NCBI GenBank assembly: GCA_040754655.1
Contig: JBFMCE010000041.1
Location: 1-35,098, forward strand
DNA length: 35,098 bases
From: Bdellovibrionota bacterium
GTDB taxonomy: Bacteria; Bdellovibrionota; UBA1018; UBA923
Direction: 5' to 3'
Every line of letters begins with the position of its first letter. The first letter of the stretch is position 1. The position numbers were made by a program, and so were the translations under genes. Shown piece after piece: positions 1 through 9,423 of the stretch. The notes under the pieces are model-generated. The model worked only from the letters and a program-made list of their open reading frames with translations. It was not told the DNA's origin and did no database searches.

Positions 1-38
1 ATCGATATAATATATCGTATTTAAAGGATTTTTAAAAA

Positions 39-743
39 TTGAATAAAACGAAAATAGTCATTATTGACGACGATCTCCAACACCTTGAATTGCTTTCAGA
101 GTTTCTTACAAACCGTTACAAAGTGAGAACCTTCGGAGATTCCTCTCATGGGCTTAGTGCTATTCAAGAATCTCCGCCAGATCTTGTCATTCTCGACATC
201 GATATGCCTGTAATGAACGGGTTTGAACTCTGTGAGACCTTGCGAGCCGACCCTCAAACAACGAAACTTCCCGTGCTCTTTCTCACGGCAGAGGCCGATT
301 CAGAATCGATGCAGAAGGCCCTCAAATTAGGGGCGACTGATTACCTCGTGAAACCCTTTCGCCTCAAAGAACTTTTACGGCGCATTGAACTTCGTTTAGG
401 CCATGCTTTTAGCGAGGCTCCGTTGAAATGCGGAAACCTCACCATCGACCGCGCCCAAGCTTGCGTGCGCATCGTCTTTCGAAATCGAGAAGAACAGATT
501 CATTTGCCTCTCAAGCAACTGGATGTGCTTGAGGTCTTGGCAAAAAACACGGGCCGCCTTCTGGCGCGAGAGGCGATCTTGAACTTGGCGTTCGCCGGGC
601 AAGACGTGTCAGATCGCGCGATTGACTTAAATATCTTTCGTTTACGCAAGATCCTCTCAAAATGGAATCACGAGATCGCATCGATCTACGGCCGAGGCTA
701 TTCTGTTTTGCCCAGGGGCGCGAAGAAGCGAAATACGTTTTGA
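39..743 (+). CDS. OmpR/PhoB-family response regulator (REC + winged helix)
   Basis: Receiver motifs IVIIDDD, LVILDIDMP (phosphoacceptor Asp), FLTA, YLVKPF; C-terminal wHTH signature DRAIDLNIFRLRKIL...IYGRGY. TTG start preceded by AAGGA. Confidence 0.9.
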   Translation: MNKTKIVIIDDDLQHLELLSEFLTNRYKVRTFGDSSHGLSAIQESPPDLVILDIDMPVMNGFELCETLRADPQTTKLPVLFLTAEADSESMQKALKLGATDYLVKPFRLKELLRRIELRLGHAFSEAPLKCGNLTIDRAQACVRIVFRNREEQIHLPLKQLDVLEVLAKNTGRLLAREAILNLAFAGQDVSDRAIDLNIFRLRKILSKWNHEIASIYGRGYSVLPRGAKKRNTF

Positions 744-834
744 CGAAGCTTCGGGGCTCGAGTACTTTTGAATAAGCATTTCCGGGGCAAACCCGCGCAA
801 GAGCCTCTTGGTTTAGTCAAAAGGAGATTAAAAA

Positions 835-1494
835 ATGAAAAAAATCGCCATGCTTTCGGCCTGCTTTTTCTCGCTATCCACGGCAATTGCTGCGCCAGCG
901 TTTGCCCAAGACGCTTTTTCAGCGAAATGTCCTGATATCCCCGCCTGTGCATCGGCCGTGAGCCAGATCACCGGCGATCATTACCTCTTCACGGATGACG
1001 TCAAAGGCAAGCTGAACTCAACGACGAGCACTCCCTTCACTGCGCAAAACGCCGAGCTTCTCTTTACGTTGATGCTTGATCAAAACGGATACACTAGGGT
1101 CGCTTCAGGCGCGCCAAGGACTTACATCATCATGCGCCAGCGCGATGCCAAAGACTCGCACCTTCCTCAGGTTTATGCGAGCTCAAGCCAAACGCCCGAG
1201 CTGCCGAACACTTGGGATTATGTCGATCTTGTTTTCAAACTCAAAAATGCGGAAGCAGGGTCGGATATCGCGAGGATCATGAGAAACTTCATGCCGCCAA
1301 ACTCGCGGATCATCGCAGACGAGCCCAACGGCAGGGTTCTCGTCACCGCGGCTGCACCAGTGCTTAAACGAGTGTACGCTCTGATCAAAGATGCAGACAA
1401 GCCCTTGAACGCCACTCAAAGAAAAGCCAAGATCAACCGTGAACGCGAGTTGGAACAGAAGATGCGCGAGAAGAGCAAAGAAAAGGCGGAGTGA
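835..1494 (+). CDS. Exported protein consisting only of secretin (GspD) N0-N1-like domains
   Basis: Signal peptide MKKIAMLSACFFSLSTAIAAPAFA; RBS AAGGAG; co-linear with the N-terminal domains of GspD in this window (DVKG, NG[YF]T, RQRDAKD, PNT, RNFMPPNxRIIA shared); no secretin beta-barrel domain. Confidence 0.85.
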   Translation: MKKIAMLSACFFSLSTAIAAPAFAQDAFSAKCPDIPACASAVSQITGDHYLFTDDVKGKLNSTTSTPFTAQNAELLFTLMLDQNGYTRVASGAPRTYIIMRQRDAKDSHLPQVYASSSQTPELPNTWDYVDLVFKLKNAEAGSDIARIMRNFMPPNSRIIADEPNGRVLVTAAAPVLKRVYALIKDADKPLNATQRKAKINRERELEQKMREKSKEKAE

Positions 1495-1508
1495 AGAACG
1501 GAGCTCTT

Positions 1509-2531
1509 TCAATAAGAAAGATCCACTCTCGGTCTTTGAGGTCGTTCGAATTCGAATACTTTATCTCTCAACTTCCCACCTCTCTTGGGCTTCTTGACGA
1601 CAATATGAGGGCTGGGTCTTTGATGAAGCTCAAATCGAGTAGGATCAACGCGACTCAAGTGCGCATAAAGAGGATCTGTTTCGTATCCAGAAAACGTGGG
1701 CTCATAGGCGACAGCGATAAAGGCCTTTCCTCCAGGCTTAAGTTTCTTGTAGAAACTTTTGATCAGGTCAACCTTGCCTTCAGAGTAGAAGTAGGCGCCA
1801 TATGCATCTACGACCCCATCCAAAGAATTATCAGGGACTTCTAAAAGATGCTCTTGCACGGAATTCGTGACTCTCTGAAGATTTTGCTTGTAAACAGGTG
1901 AAGCAAGCCTCGTTTCCATTTCGGTCACAAGCCCCGCGATCGCTCTTGCAGCCCCTTCGAGGGTTACGCCTTCCTGAAGTTCCCATGCGCCATAAGGAGG
2001 CCCCACCAGGCTAATAACCCTGAATTGCGGAGGAATCGAGACCTCGATAGCGTTTGCTAGAGTGCCCAAAACATCCACTCTCATTCCTCTAGCCCTGCCG
2101 ATAACCGTTGCCCCGTCTTCTGAAGTACGGACCAGCTCTAATTCGTTGGCAGTGATCTCCTTCAATAGAAACAAAAATTCGTCATAAAGATTATGAGCGC
2201 TAACGGCAATGACTTTAATTCCCATTTTAGCGAGTTGAATGCCGTAAATCGAAAGTCCACTTCCTGAATCATAAACGACTGCGCCTGACGAGAGGCGATT
2301 TATGAAGGTTTCGATTTTCGGTCCGAATAGCATGGTATTAAGTTCACCCAGATCGCGATCAATTACTTCCCTGCGCTTGAGATACTCTTGAGCAGAGCCA
2401 AAGCGTTGCACAAGACTTGATAACTTCGAACACGAGGAAGATGGCGGCGTTGAGGCCTCGGATACCGATGCCCTGACGATCAACAGAAACGCCGTTAAGA
2501 GTTGAAAGCAAACCTTTCCTCTCATTCTCAA
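1509..2531 (-). CDS. Putative class I SAM-dependent methyltransferase-fold protein with N-terminal signal peptide
   Basis: Motif I-like VVYDSGSG, motif II-like VPDNSLDGVV, motif III-like FYKKLKPGGKAFI; hydrophobic N-terminus LLTAFLLIVRASVSEA. Start is TTG 2531 or ATG 2525. Confidence 0.65.
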   Translation of the reverse strand: MRMRGKVCFQLLTAFLLIVRASVSEASTPPSSSCSKLSSLVQRFGSAQEYLKRREVIDRDLGELNTMLFGPKIETFINRLSSGAVVYDSGSGLSIYGIQLAKMGIKVIAVSAHNLYDEFLFLLKEITANELELVRTSEDGATVIGRARGMRVDVLGTLANAIEVSIPPQFRVISLVGPPYGAWELQEGVTLEGAARAIAGLVTEMETRLASPVYKQNLQRVTNSVQEHLLEVPDNSLDGVVDAYGAYFYSEGKVDLIKSFYKKLKPGGKAFIAVAYEPTFSGYETDPLYAHLSRVDPTRFELHQRPSPHIVVKKPKRGGKLRDKVFEFERPQRPRVDLSY

Positions 2532-2787
2532 TGATTTTCCAATAATTGCCTAAAAAACACGATAGGCAAACCGTTCTTAGACCCGATTAATCGCCTTTTC
2601 CCCAACTCTGCGCCTCCAATGCATTTCCATTTCCGTCCATGCCCTACCAACTCGGCGTTGCGCCGAGCGTTTTGACTATTCTGATCCGTTATAAATCGCT
2701 CCTTCCTGTTTAAGGATCAGAAAAATTGGAGTGAATCCACAATACCTAGGCTTTGAAGAACTGCCGGATCATTATTGACCGGCCCCG

Positions 2788-3963
2788 TCAGTCTATCTGC
2801 CTCAAATAACTTTTGATAAGCCCCTCAAACCACCTTGGCCCGTAGCTTGAAAGAAAACCCGCGTGACCGCCGTAAGCGGTCGAAAACAGATAGGCTCCCC
2901 CGCTCATCCCCGCGTTTTGTTCATGAAGGCGGATGGGCACGGCCGGATCATCCTCTGCGTGGATGAAAATGATTCTTGCTTGAAGATGGTTGAGAATACC
3001 AAACGTTTCGTACTGTTTTATGAGATCGCTCACCTCATACTGCTCAATACTCTTCTTCCCGATGAAAAAAGGCAGCAGCATTTCATTTTTGAAGTGTTCC
3101 TCGAATTTTGAGAGATACGCTTTTGACAACGGGAAAAGAATATTCTCAAAGATTTCCTCAACCGATATCATCATGACTTGTTCAGGAGTATAACCCGTGT
3201 GCTTCCCTAAAATAGATCTACCGGCGTCATACGATTCGTAAAAGAAATACTTAAACCCTGCCTTTATGGGCAAGTACTCGTATGGCATTGAAAAAGCGTA
3301 CTTGAATCCCTCTAATCGATCTGCCGGCGCTGAAAAAACAAGCAACCCCTTAGACAACCAATTCGTATCCAAAATAGAGTCAAAATACGCCATGTACAAC
3401 GCATCATTGCCGCCCATGCTCACGCCGATCGGCAAAACAGATTTCATGCTGTCTTTTAAAAGCGGATGCTGCTTAAGAGTTTCGAGACTGAGGTACAAGT
3501 CCCACCCTGACTCGTATCCACTAGTGGTGATCCTTTGATTCCTTTCGATCCATGATTTGCTCGAATCACTCTCTAAGAGAATCACACCGTAATCTTCTGA
3601 TAGAAACATGCCTTCAGTGCACATCTTCAGTGAACCCGATGTTTCTCTTCCTCCTAAACCTGAGATGCAAACAAAGAAGAGTCCGGGTTTCCTGGGCAGT
3701 TTTACAAGCGCTGCTCTGACAAAACCTTCTCTATTGACGAACTCGAGACGAAAAAACTCTTTCTGAAAAAGGGCAGGTTCGCTCAAAGAGATTGCCGTCG
3801 ACGCCGTTGAAATCAATGCATCTTTCTTTGAAAAGCTTGTCGGAGAATATTGGACCGAGAGTTTCTCCCAATCAGACTTGAGGGCCGCAAAATTGAAGGC
3901 AGCCAATGACGACTGAGGAAAAAAAAGGATTAAAACTGCAAGAAAAAGTAATTTAAACTTCAT
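2788..3963 (-). CDS. Exported alpha/beta hydrolase (YheT/ABHD-like)
   Basis: Oxyanion-like SGLGG, nucleophile elbow GVSMGGN, acid HAEDDP, His in GGHAGF; signal peptide MKFKLLFLAVLILFFPQSSLA. Confidence 0.8.
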   Translation of the reverse strand: MKFKLLFLAVLILFFPQSSLAAFNFAALKSDWEKLSVQYSPTSFSKKDALISTASTAISLSEPALFQKEFFRLEFVNREGFVRAALVKLPRKPGLFFVCISGLGGRETSGSLKMCTEGMFLSEDYGVILLESDSSKSWIERNQRITTSGYESGWDLYLSLETLKQHPLLKDSMKSVLPIGVSMGGNDALYMAYFDSILDTNWLSKGLLVFSAPADRLEGFKYAFSMPYEYLPIKAGFKYFFYESYDAGRSILGKHTGYTPEQVMMISVEEIFENILFPLSKAYLSKFEEHFKNEMLLPFFIGKKSIEQYEVSDLIKQYETFGILNHLQARIIFIHAEDDPAVPIRLHEQNAGMSGGAYLFSTAYGGHAGFLSSYGPRWFEGLIKSYLRQID

Positions 3964-4084
3964 TCCGAGCCTGATCGCCGGTTTATCTGTTTATTCCAGT
4001 ACTTTCAAGACCATTAGGTATTGCGAGATCACAAGATCACTTGAGGCATTAGCCAACAAACAAATACCGCCAGCACTTCCGCTC

Positions 4085-6172
4085 TCACCTCAACCGCATC
4101 TCGGCCTCGCGCAGCTTTCGGATCTGATCGCGAATCGAAGCCGCGCGTTCGAACTCTAGGTTCTTCGCCGCTTCTTTCATTTCTTTCTCAAGGCTGCGTA
4201 CTTGTTTTGAAAGCGTATCGAGATCTTTTGGAATCTCAGCCAAGCCGGCTTCGTGCAATTGGGCGTAGGCGCGCATCTCCTCTTGAACGAAGTCCGCCAA
4301 ATCGCCAGCGATGCCCTTAAGCTTAGAGCGTTCAGCCAATCCTTCTTCTGAAGTGTCAGGCGCGATTCTCGGGTAGACCGCTTTACGCACCGTCTTCGGC
4401 ACGATTCCATGTTTTTCGTTATACTCGCGTTGGATCTTGCGACGACGCTCGGTCTCACTCATTGCTCTGCGCATGCTCTCGGTTTGGACATCCGCGTACA
4501 AGATAACCCTGCCCTCGGCATTTCTGGCGGCCCTTCCGATCGTTTGAATCAGCGAGCGCTCGCTTCGCAAAAAACCTTCTTTATCGGCATCAAGAATGGC
4601 AACCAAAGAGACTTCCGGCAAATCCAGGCCCTCTCGCAGCAAGTTAATGCCGACCAAGACGTCACAAACACCCTCGCGAAGCTCTCTTAAAATCTCAACA
4701 CGCTCAAGCGTTTCAATGTCTGAGTGCATGTATTTCACCTTCACGCCCGAGGTTGAGTAATACTGCGTAAGGTCTTCTGAAAGTTTTTTGGTAAGAGTGG
4801 TGACCAAGATCCGGTTGCCTTGAGCCACCACTTTCTTGATCTCGGTGAGCAGGTCATCCACTTGAGTCCGCGCCGGCCTGACTTCGATCTCAGGATCAAT
4901 CAAACCCGTTGGTCTGATGATTTGTTCCACGATCTCGCCGCCCGACTGGGTAAGTTCATAAGGACCCGGCGTGGCTGAGACGTAAATGCGCGTCCCACCG
5001 CACTGCTCGAACTCCTGAAAGTTCAGAGGTCTGTTATCGAGCGCCGAAGGCAGCCGAAAACCGTGTTCGACTAGCGTCATCTTCCTCGCTCTGTCACCGC
5101 GATACATCCCGCCAATTTGAGGAACAGTGACATGGCTCTCATCAATGAACATGAGGAAATTTTTTGGGAAATACTCTAGCAGCGTAGGTGGGGCGGCGCC
5201 GGGCGGTCTTCCCGTGAGATGGCGCGAGTAGTTTTCAACGCCCTGGCAATAACCCAGCTCTTCCATCATCTCGAGATCGAACAATGTTCTGCTTTCGAGC
5301 CGTTTAGCCTCTATCAACTTTCCTTGCGCATTCCACTCTTGCAGCCGCTCTCTCAATTCAACGCGGATGCTTTCAATCGCCCTTTTCCTTGTTTCACCTG
5401 AAGTCACGTAATGGCTTCCGGGATAAATCGTGATCCGAGGAAGTTTGCGAAGGCGCACCCCTCTGAGGGGGTCAATCTCATAGATCGAGTCAACCGTATC
5501 GCCAAACAATTCAATGCGAACCGCTCTGTCTTCTTCATACGCCGGGAAGACGTCGATCACATCTCCCCTGACGCGAAATGTCCCGCGATGGAAATCGATA
5601 TCGTTCCGTTGATACTGGATTTCGACGAGTTTTCTGAGGATGTCTTGGCGTTTAAAATCCCTGCCCTCTTCGACGTACAAAAGCATGCCTTCGTAAGCTT
5701 CGGGAGAACCCAAACCATAGATGCATGAAACGCTTGAAACGATCAGCACGTCATCGCGATCAAGAAGCGACCGCGTGGCTGAGTGGCGCAGTTTATCGAT
5801 CTCTTCATTGATGGCGGAATCTTTCTCGATATAGGTGTCAGTCGAGGGAATGTAAGCCTCGGGTTGGTAATAATCGTAATAACTGACGAAGTACTCAACC
5901 GCGTTCTCGGGAAAAAACTGCTTAAACTCTGAATAGAGTTGTGCTGCGAGCGTCTTGTTCGGAGCCAAGACGAGCGCCGGCATGTTGAGACGCTCAATCA
6001 CATTGGCCATGGTGAAAGTCTTGCCCGACCCCGTCACGCCAAGAAGCACTTGATGATGCTGCTGACGCTTGATGCTCTCGACCAGTTTTTCGATCGCCGC
6101 AGGTTGATCGCCCATCGGCTTGAACTCGGTCGCGAGCTTAAACTTTCCGCCTGCTTTTGCGATGATTGACAT
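4085..6172 (-). CDS. uvrB: Excinuclease ABC subunit B
   Basis: [36 protein letters not shown] beta-hairpin, [21 protein letters not shown]-terminal UVR domain [11 protein letters not shown]. Confidence 0.99.
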   Translation of the reverse strand: MSIIAKAGGKFKLATEFKPMGDQPAAIEKLVESIKRQQHHQVLLGVTGSGKTFTMANVIERLNMPALVLAPNKTLAAQLYSEFKQFFPENAVEYFVSYYDYYQPEAYIPSTDTYIEKDSAINEEIDKLRHSATRSLLDRDDVLIVSSVSCIYGLGSPEAYEGMLLYVEEGRDFKRQDILRKLVEIQYQRNDIDFHRGTFRVRGDVIDVFPAYEEDRAVRIELFGDTVDSIYEIDPLRGVRLRKLPRITIYPGSHYVTSGETRKRAIESIRVELRERLQEWNAQGKLIEAKRLESRTLFDLEMMEELGYCQGVENYSRHLTGRPPGAAPPTLLEYFPKNFLMFIDESHVTVPQIGGMYRGDRARKMTLVEHGFRLPSALDNRPLNFQEFEQCGGTRIYVSATPGPYELTQSGGEIVEQIIRPTGLIDPEIEVRPARTQVDDLLTEIKKVVAQGNRILVTTLTKKLSEDLTQYYSTSGVKVKYMHSDIETLERVEILRELREGVCDVLVGINLLREGLDLPEVSLVAILDADKEGFLRSERSLIQTIGRAARNAEGRVILYADVQTESMRRAMSETERRRKIQREYNEKHGIVPKTVRKAVYPRIAPDTSEEGLAERSKLKGIAGDLADFVQEEMRAYAQLHEAGLAEIPKDLDTLSKQVRSLEKEMKEAAKNLEFERAASIRDQIRKLREAEMRLR

Positions 6173-6210
6173 GACTCAAGTGACCTCTTCGAAATCAAAT
6201 TTCAACAGAT

Positions 6211-7752
6211 CTACGTTTTAGCGCGCCACATCGTGCCTTGGACGCTGTCAACAAGGACAATACCACGGCTGTCAAGAAGCTCTCGAATCTCGTCCGCGCG
6301 TTTAAAGTCTTTGTTTTTTCGAGCTTCGTTTCGCTCTTGAATGAACTTTTGAATCTCTTCTTCCGAAGGAAGTCCGTCGGCCTGCGAAGAGCCGAGGTTC
6401 GTCAATCGTATCGCCTGAATTTTGGCGAGCACTGTTTCAGGATTTTCCGCGAACACATTCAACAAAGGTTGAACGCGCTTTTCTAAGAGCTCTAAAAACT
6501 CACGCGCCACTTGCGCACGAACGGGGCTCGCCGGCGCGCGCATGCCCGGCTTGCCGGCAGCTTGAACTTCAGTGCGATTCAGTTCTCGTACAAAAGCGAA
6601 CAAGTGGCCTAAAGCGCCCGGCGTATTTAGATCATTGAACATCTCTTCTTCGATCGCCTGATAGACGGCATTTGCTTTCGCCACCAACGGCGTCCATTCT
6701 TTGTCAGTGGCGTGGGAACCAGGGGGCAAAGCCTGAGCGGCTGCGTTCACAGCCCACTGCTTTGCGAGATAAATGCGCTCAAGTTCACCCAAGGCCTGAG
6801 ACATCATGGCTTGAGTGTATGGAATGCTCGATCGATACTGAAAACTCGCAAAAATGAACCTTAAAACCTCAGCGCTGTAACGTTCGATGAACTCTCGGAT
6901 CGTGAGGATATTGCCAAGGCTCTTGCTCATCTTCTCGTTGCCCGAAGTCAAGAATGCATGGTGCACCCAATGGCGGCAAAAGGTTTTGCCCGTGGCGCCC
7001 TCGCTTTGGGCGATTTCATTCTCATGGTGCGGAAACATCAAGTCTTGCCCGCCGTGGTGGATGTCGATCGTTTCGCCAAGCCACCGCCAAACCATCGCCG
7101 AGCACTCGATGTGCCAACCTGGCCTTCCTTTTCCCCATGGACTGTCCCAACCCGGTTCACCCGCCTTTTGCGGTTTCCAGAGCGAGAAGTCCATCGGATT
7201 GCGCTTTTTCTTGTCGACCTCGACCCGTGCGCCTGCTTGCAAATCTTCGACATTCTTGCCTGAGAGCTTTCCATAGGTTGAAAACGACTCAATCGAGTAC
7301 AAGACCTCGCCATCCACGATGTATGCGTGGCCCCGCGCGATAATGCGTTCGATGAGCTGAATGATTTCCGGGATCGTATCCCGCACGCGCACTGTTTTTA
7401 CAGGTTTTTGCAGTGCAAGCAACCGCAGGTCTTCTTCGCAATACGCGATATAACGGTCTGCAATCTCATCCGCGGTCGTCTTCTCTTCATTCGCGCGGTT
7501 GATGATCTTGTCATCGACGTCAGTGTAGTTCCTGACGAAGTTCACATCGTAGCCGATGTGCTTGAGCCACCGAAAAATCAGCTCCCCCACGACAAGCGCT
7601 CTCGCATTTCCGATGTGCAACGGCCCATACACGGTGGGCCCGCAACTGTAATAAGTCACTCTGGGAGGAGCCGCTGGCCTAAACTCTTCTCGTTTTCCCG
7701 TGAGAGAATTCGTGAGGTAAAACGCCTTTTCCTCGTAACGACGCTCGCTCAT
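6211..7752 (-). CDS. cysS: Cysteine--tRNA ligase
   Basis: CGPTVY, HIGN, NYTDVDDKII, GRPGWHIECSAM, HGGGQDLMFPHHENE-like, KMSKS, anticodon-binding ADEIRELL. Confidence 0.99.
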   Translation of the reverse strand: MSERRYEEKAFYLTNSLTGKREEFRPAAPPRVTYYSCGPTVYGPLHIGNARALVVGELIFRWLKHIGYDVNFVRNYTDVDDKIINRANEEKTTADEIADRYIAYCEEDLRLLALQKPVKTVRVRDTIPEIIQLIERIIARGHAYIVDGEVLYSIESFSTYGKLSGKNVEDLQAGARVEVDKKKRNPMDFSLWKPQKAGEPGWDSPWGKGRPGWHIECSAMVWRWLGETIDIHHGGQDLMFPHHENEIAQSEGATGKTFCRHWVHHAFLTSGNEKMSKSLGNILTIREFIERYSAEVLRFIFASFQYRSSIPYTQAMMSQALGELERIYLAKQWAVNAAAQALPPGSHATDKEWTPLVAKANAVYQAIEEEMFNDLNTPGALGHLFAFVRELNRTEVQAAGKPGMRAPASPVRAQVAREFLELLEKRVQPLLNVFAENPETVLAKIQAIRLTNLGSSQADGLPSEEEIQKFIQERNEARKNKDFKRADEIRELLDSRGIVLVDSVQGTMWRAKT

Positions 7753-7758
7753 CTTCGT

Positions 7759-9216
7759 TCACCCCGACAGCACGCGATCGATTCGCGCTAGCGCGGCTTT
7801 CGCGCCCAGCAACGGAACCACGAGCTTTAGCTCGGGGCCATGGGTTTGCCCCGTCAATGCAACTCGAATAGGCATGAAAAGCCCCTTTCCTTTAGCTCCG
7901 GTCGTCGTCTTGACTTCATCTTGGATCTTCGCAAAATCATCCGGTGAAATATCTTCTCCTTGACCACTGCGATGCTTTTCAACGGCTTGCTTCAAAGCCA
8001 TGGCGACAGTCTTGAAATTCGCGTCAGACCTCAGCGCCTGAGCATCAGCCTCAAGCTCGAAAGTCTCATCAAAGTAGAGGCGCATGAACTTCGGCGCATC
8101 ATTCAAAGTCTGCAAATGGCCACGAATGGTGTCAAACGCTTGTTCAAGCCATTTTCGATCGCGCGCCTTCACCGGCAGCCCGGCTTGTTCGCAATAAGGC
8201 AACGCGAGAGCCGTGATCTTATCCAGCGGATACGCCCTGATATACTCGCCGTTCATCCATTTGAGCTTCACCGGGTCGAATACGCTGGGCGATTTGTTCA
8301 AGCCTTCAAGCGTGAACTGCTCAACCATCTCATCAATGGTCATGATTTCTTTCTGATTCGAAGGCGACCACCCCAGGAGAATCAAAAAGTTCAAAAGTGA
8401 TTCCCTTAAAAAACCTTCTTCGGCGTACTGGTGCACGCTCGTAGCGCCGTGGCGCTTGCTGAGTTTTGAGCGGTCCGAACCCAAGATCAAAGAACAATGC
8501 GCCATCACCGGCATCGTCCACCCGAAACTTTCATAAAGCATCATCTGCCTGACTGTATTCGAGAGGTGTTCTTCCGCTCTTAAAACGTGGCTGATCTTCA
8601 TCAGGTGATCGTCGATGACACAGCAGAAATTATAAACGGGCATCCCATCGCCGCGCAAAACGATGAAGTCTCCCACCATATTGGGTTGGAACACCACTTC
8701 GCCGCGAACAGCGTCATTGAGTTTGTATTCACGAATGGGCGCCTTAAATCGAACAGTGGCCTTTTCCCCAGTGGCCAAGCGTTTGTGCGCTTCTTCTTTT
8801 GAGATCCTGCGGCAAGTTCCATCATACTGCGGAACCGTACCCAGCTTCATCGCGGCTTCGCGTTTTTGGGTGAGAAGTTCGTCGCTGCAGAAACAATGGT
8901 AAGCACGGTCGGTATCGAGAAGTTCCTTGGCGTGCTTGGCGTAGATATCAAGCCGCTCAGACTGCCGGTAGGGTCCGTAAGGACCTCCGACATCCGGCCC
9001 CTCATCATAGTCCATTCCCAGCCATTTGATGTCTTCAATCTGCATTTGCTCATGTTCACGAGTGCTGCGTTGTTGGTCAGTGTCTTCAATGCGAAGAATG
9101 AATTTTCCTTTGGTGTGCTTTGCGAAAAGCCAGTTGAACAGAACGGTGCGTGCACCGCCAACATGCAGATAACCAGTAGGGCTTGGGGCGAATCGAACAC
9201 GAACTTCTGAGCTCAC
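7759..9216 (-). CDS. gltX: Glutamate--tRNA ligase
   Basis: RFAPSPTGYLHVGG, LRIEDTD, YRQSER, KLSKR, PIRVALTG; GTG start with AAGGAG upstream. Confidence 0.98.
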   Translation of the reverse strand: MSSEVRVRFAPSPTGYLHVGGARTVLFNWLFAKHTKGKFILRIEDTDQQRSTREHEQMQIEDIKWLGMDYDEGPDVGGPYGPYRQSERLDIYAKHAKELLDTDRAYHCFCSDELLTQKREAAMKLGTVPQYDGTCRRISKEEAHKRLATGEKATVRFKAPIREYKLNDAVRGEVVFQPNMVGDFIVLRGDGMPVYNFCCVIDDHLMKISHVLRAEEHLSNTVRQMMLYESFGWTMPVMAHCSLILGSDRSKLSKRHGATSVHQYAEEGFLRESLLNFLILLGWSPSNQKEIMTIDEMVEQFTLEGLNKSPSVFDPVKLKWMNGEYIRAYPLDKITALALPYCEQAGLPVKARDRKWLEQAFDTIRGHLQTLNDAPKFMRLYFDETFELEADAQALRSDANFKTVAMALKQAVEKHRSGQGEDISPDDFAKIQDEVKTTTGAKGKGLFMPIRVALTGQTHGPELKLVVPLLGAKAALARIDRVLSG

Positions 9217-9256
9217 GGGAGGGTCTCCTTTGGAACGTCTTTAAAATCCTGCCGGC

Positions 9257-9285
9257 ATATTGGCACAAACTCGACTGATATCCAA
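9257..9285 (-). promoter_or_regulatory. Candidate sigma70-type promoter for gltX-cysS-uvrB
   Basis: TTGGAT-N17-CAATAT on the minus strand with a TG just upstream of the -10; weak match. Confidence 0.3.
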
Positions 9286-9423
9286 GTAGCCCTATGAACA
9301 GGAAAACCGAGATGCCCGCCCAGCCCTAGCGGGGGCAGCGAAATCCCCTCGGGCTAGGAAACCTAGCTTCTACATGTCTCAGGATTCGTAATCGCCTGGG
9401 GAAGACCCCGGGAAAAACAAGGA

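Noticed and set aside
1..28. Possible dif-like site at the window start
   Set aside because: ATAA plus an AT-rich spacer is present but the XerD-like arm matches poorly, and the site is cut by the window edge.
785..816. c-di-GMP-I riboswitch-like words (GGGCAAACC...CGCAAGAGCCTC) before the mini-secretin gene
   Set aside because: The GNRA-capped stem between the words and the 3' half of the second stem are missing and there is too little room before the RBS; an Infernal search would settle it.
1491..1844. 117-aa ORF overlapping the mini-secretin stop as a possible continuation
   Set aside because: No secretin motifs; almost wholly antisense to 1509-2531.
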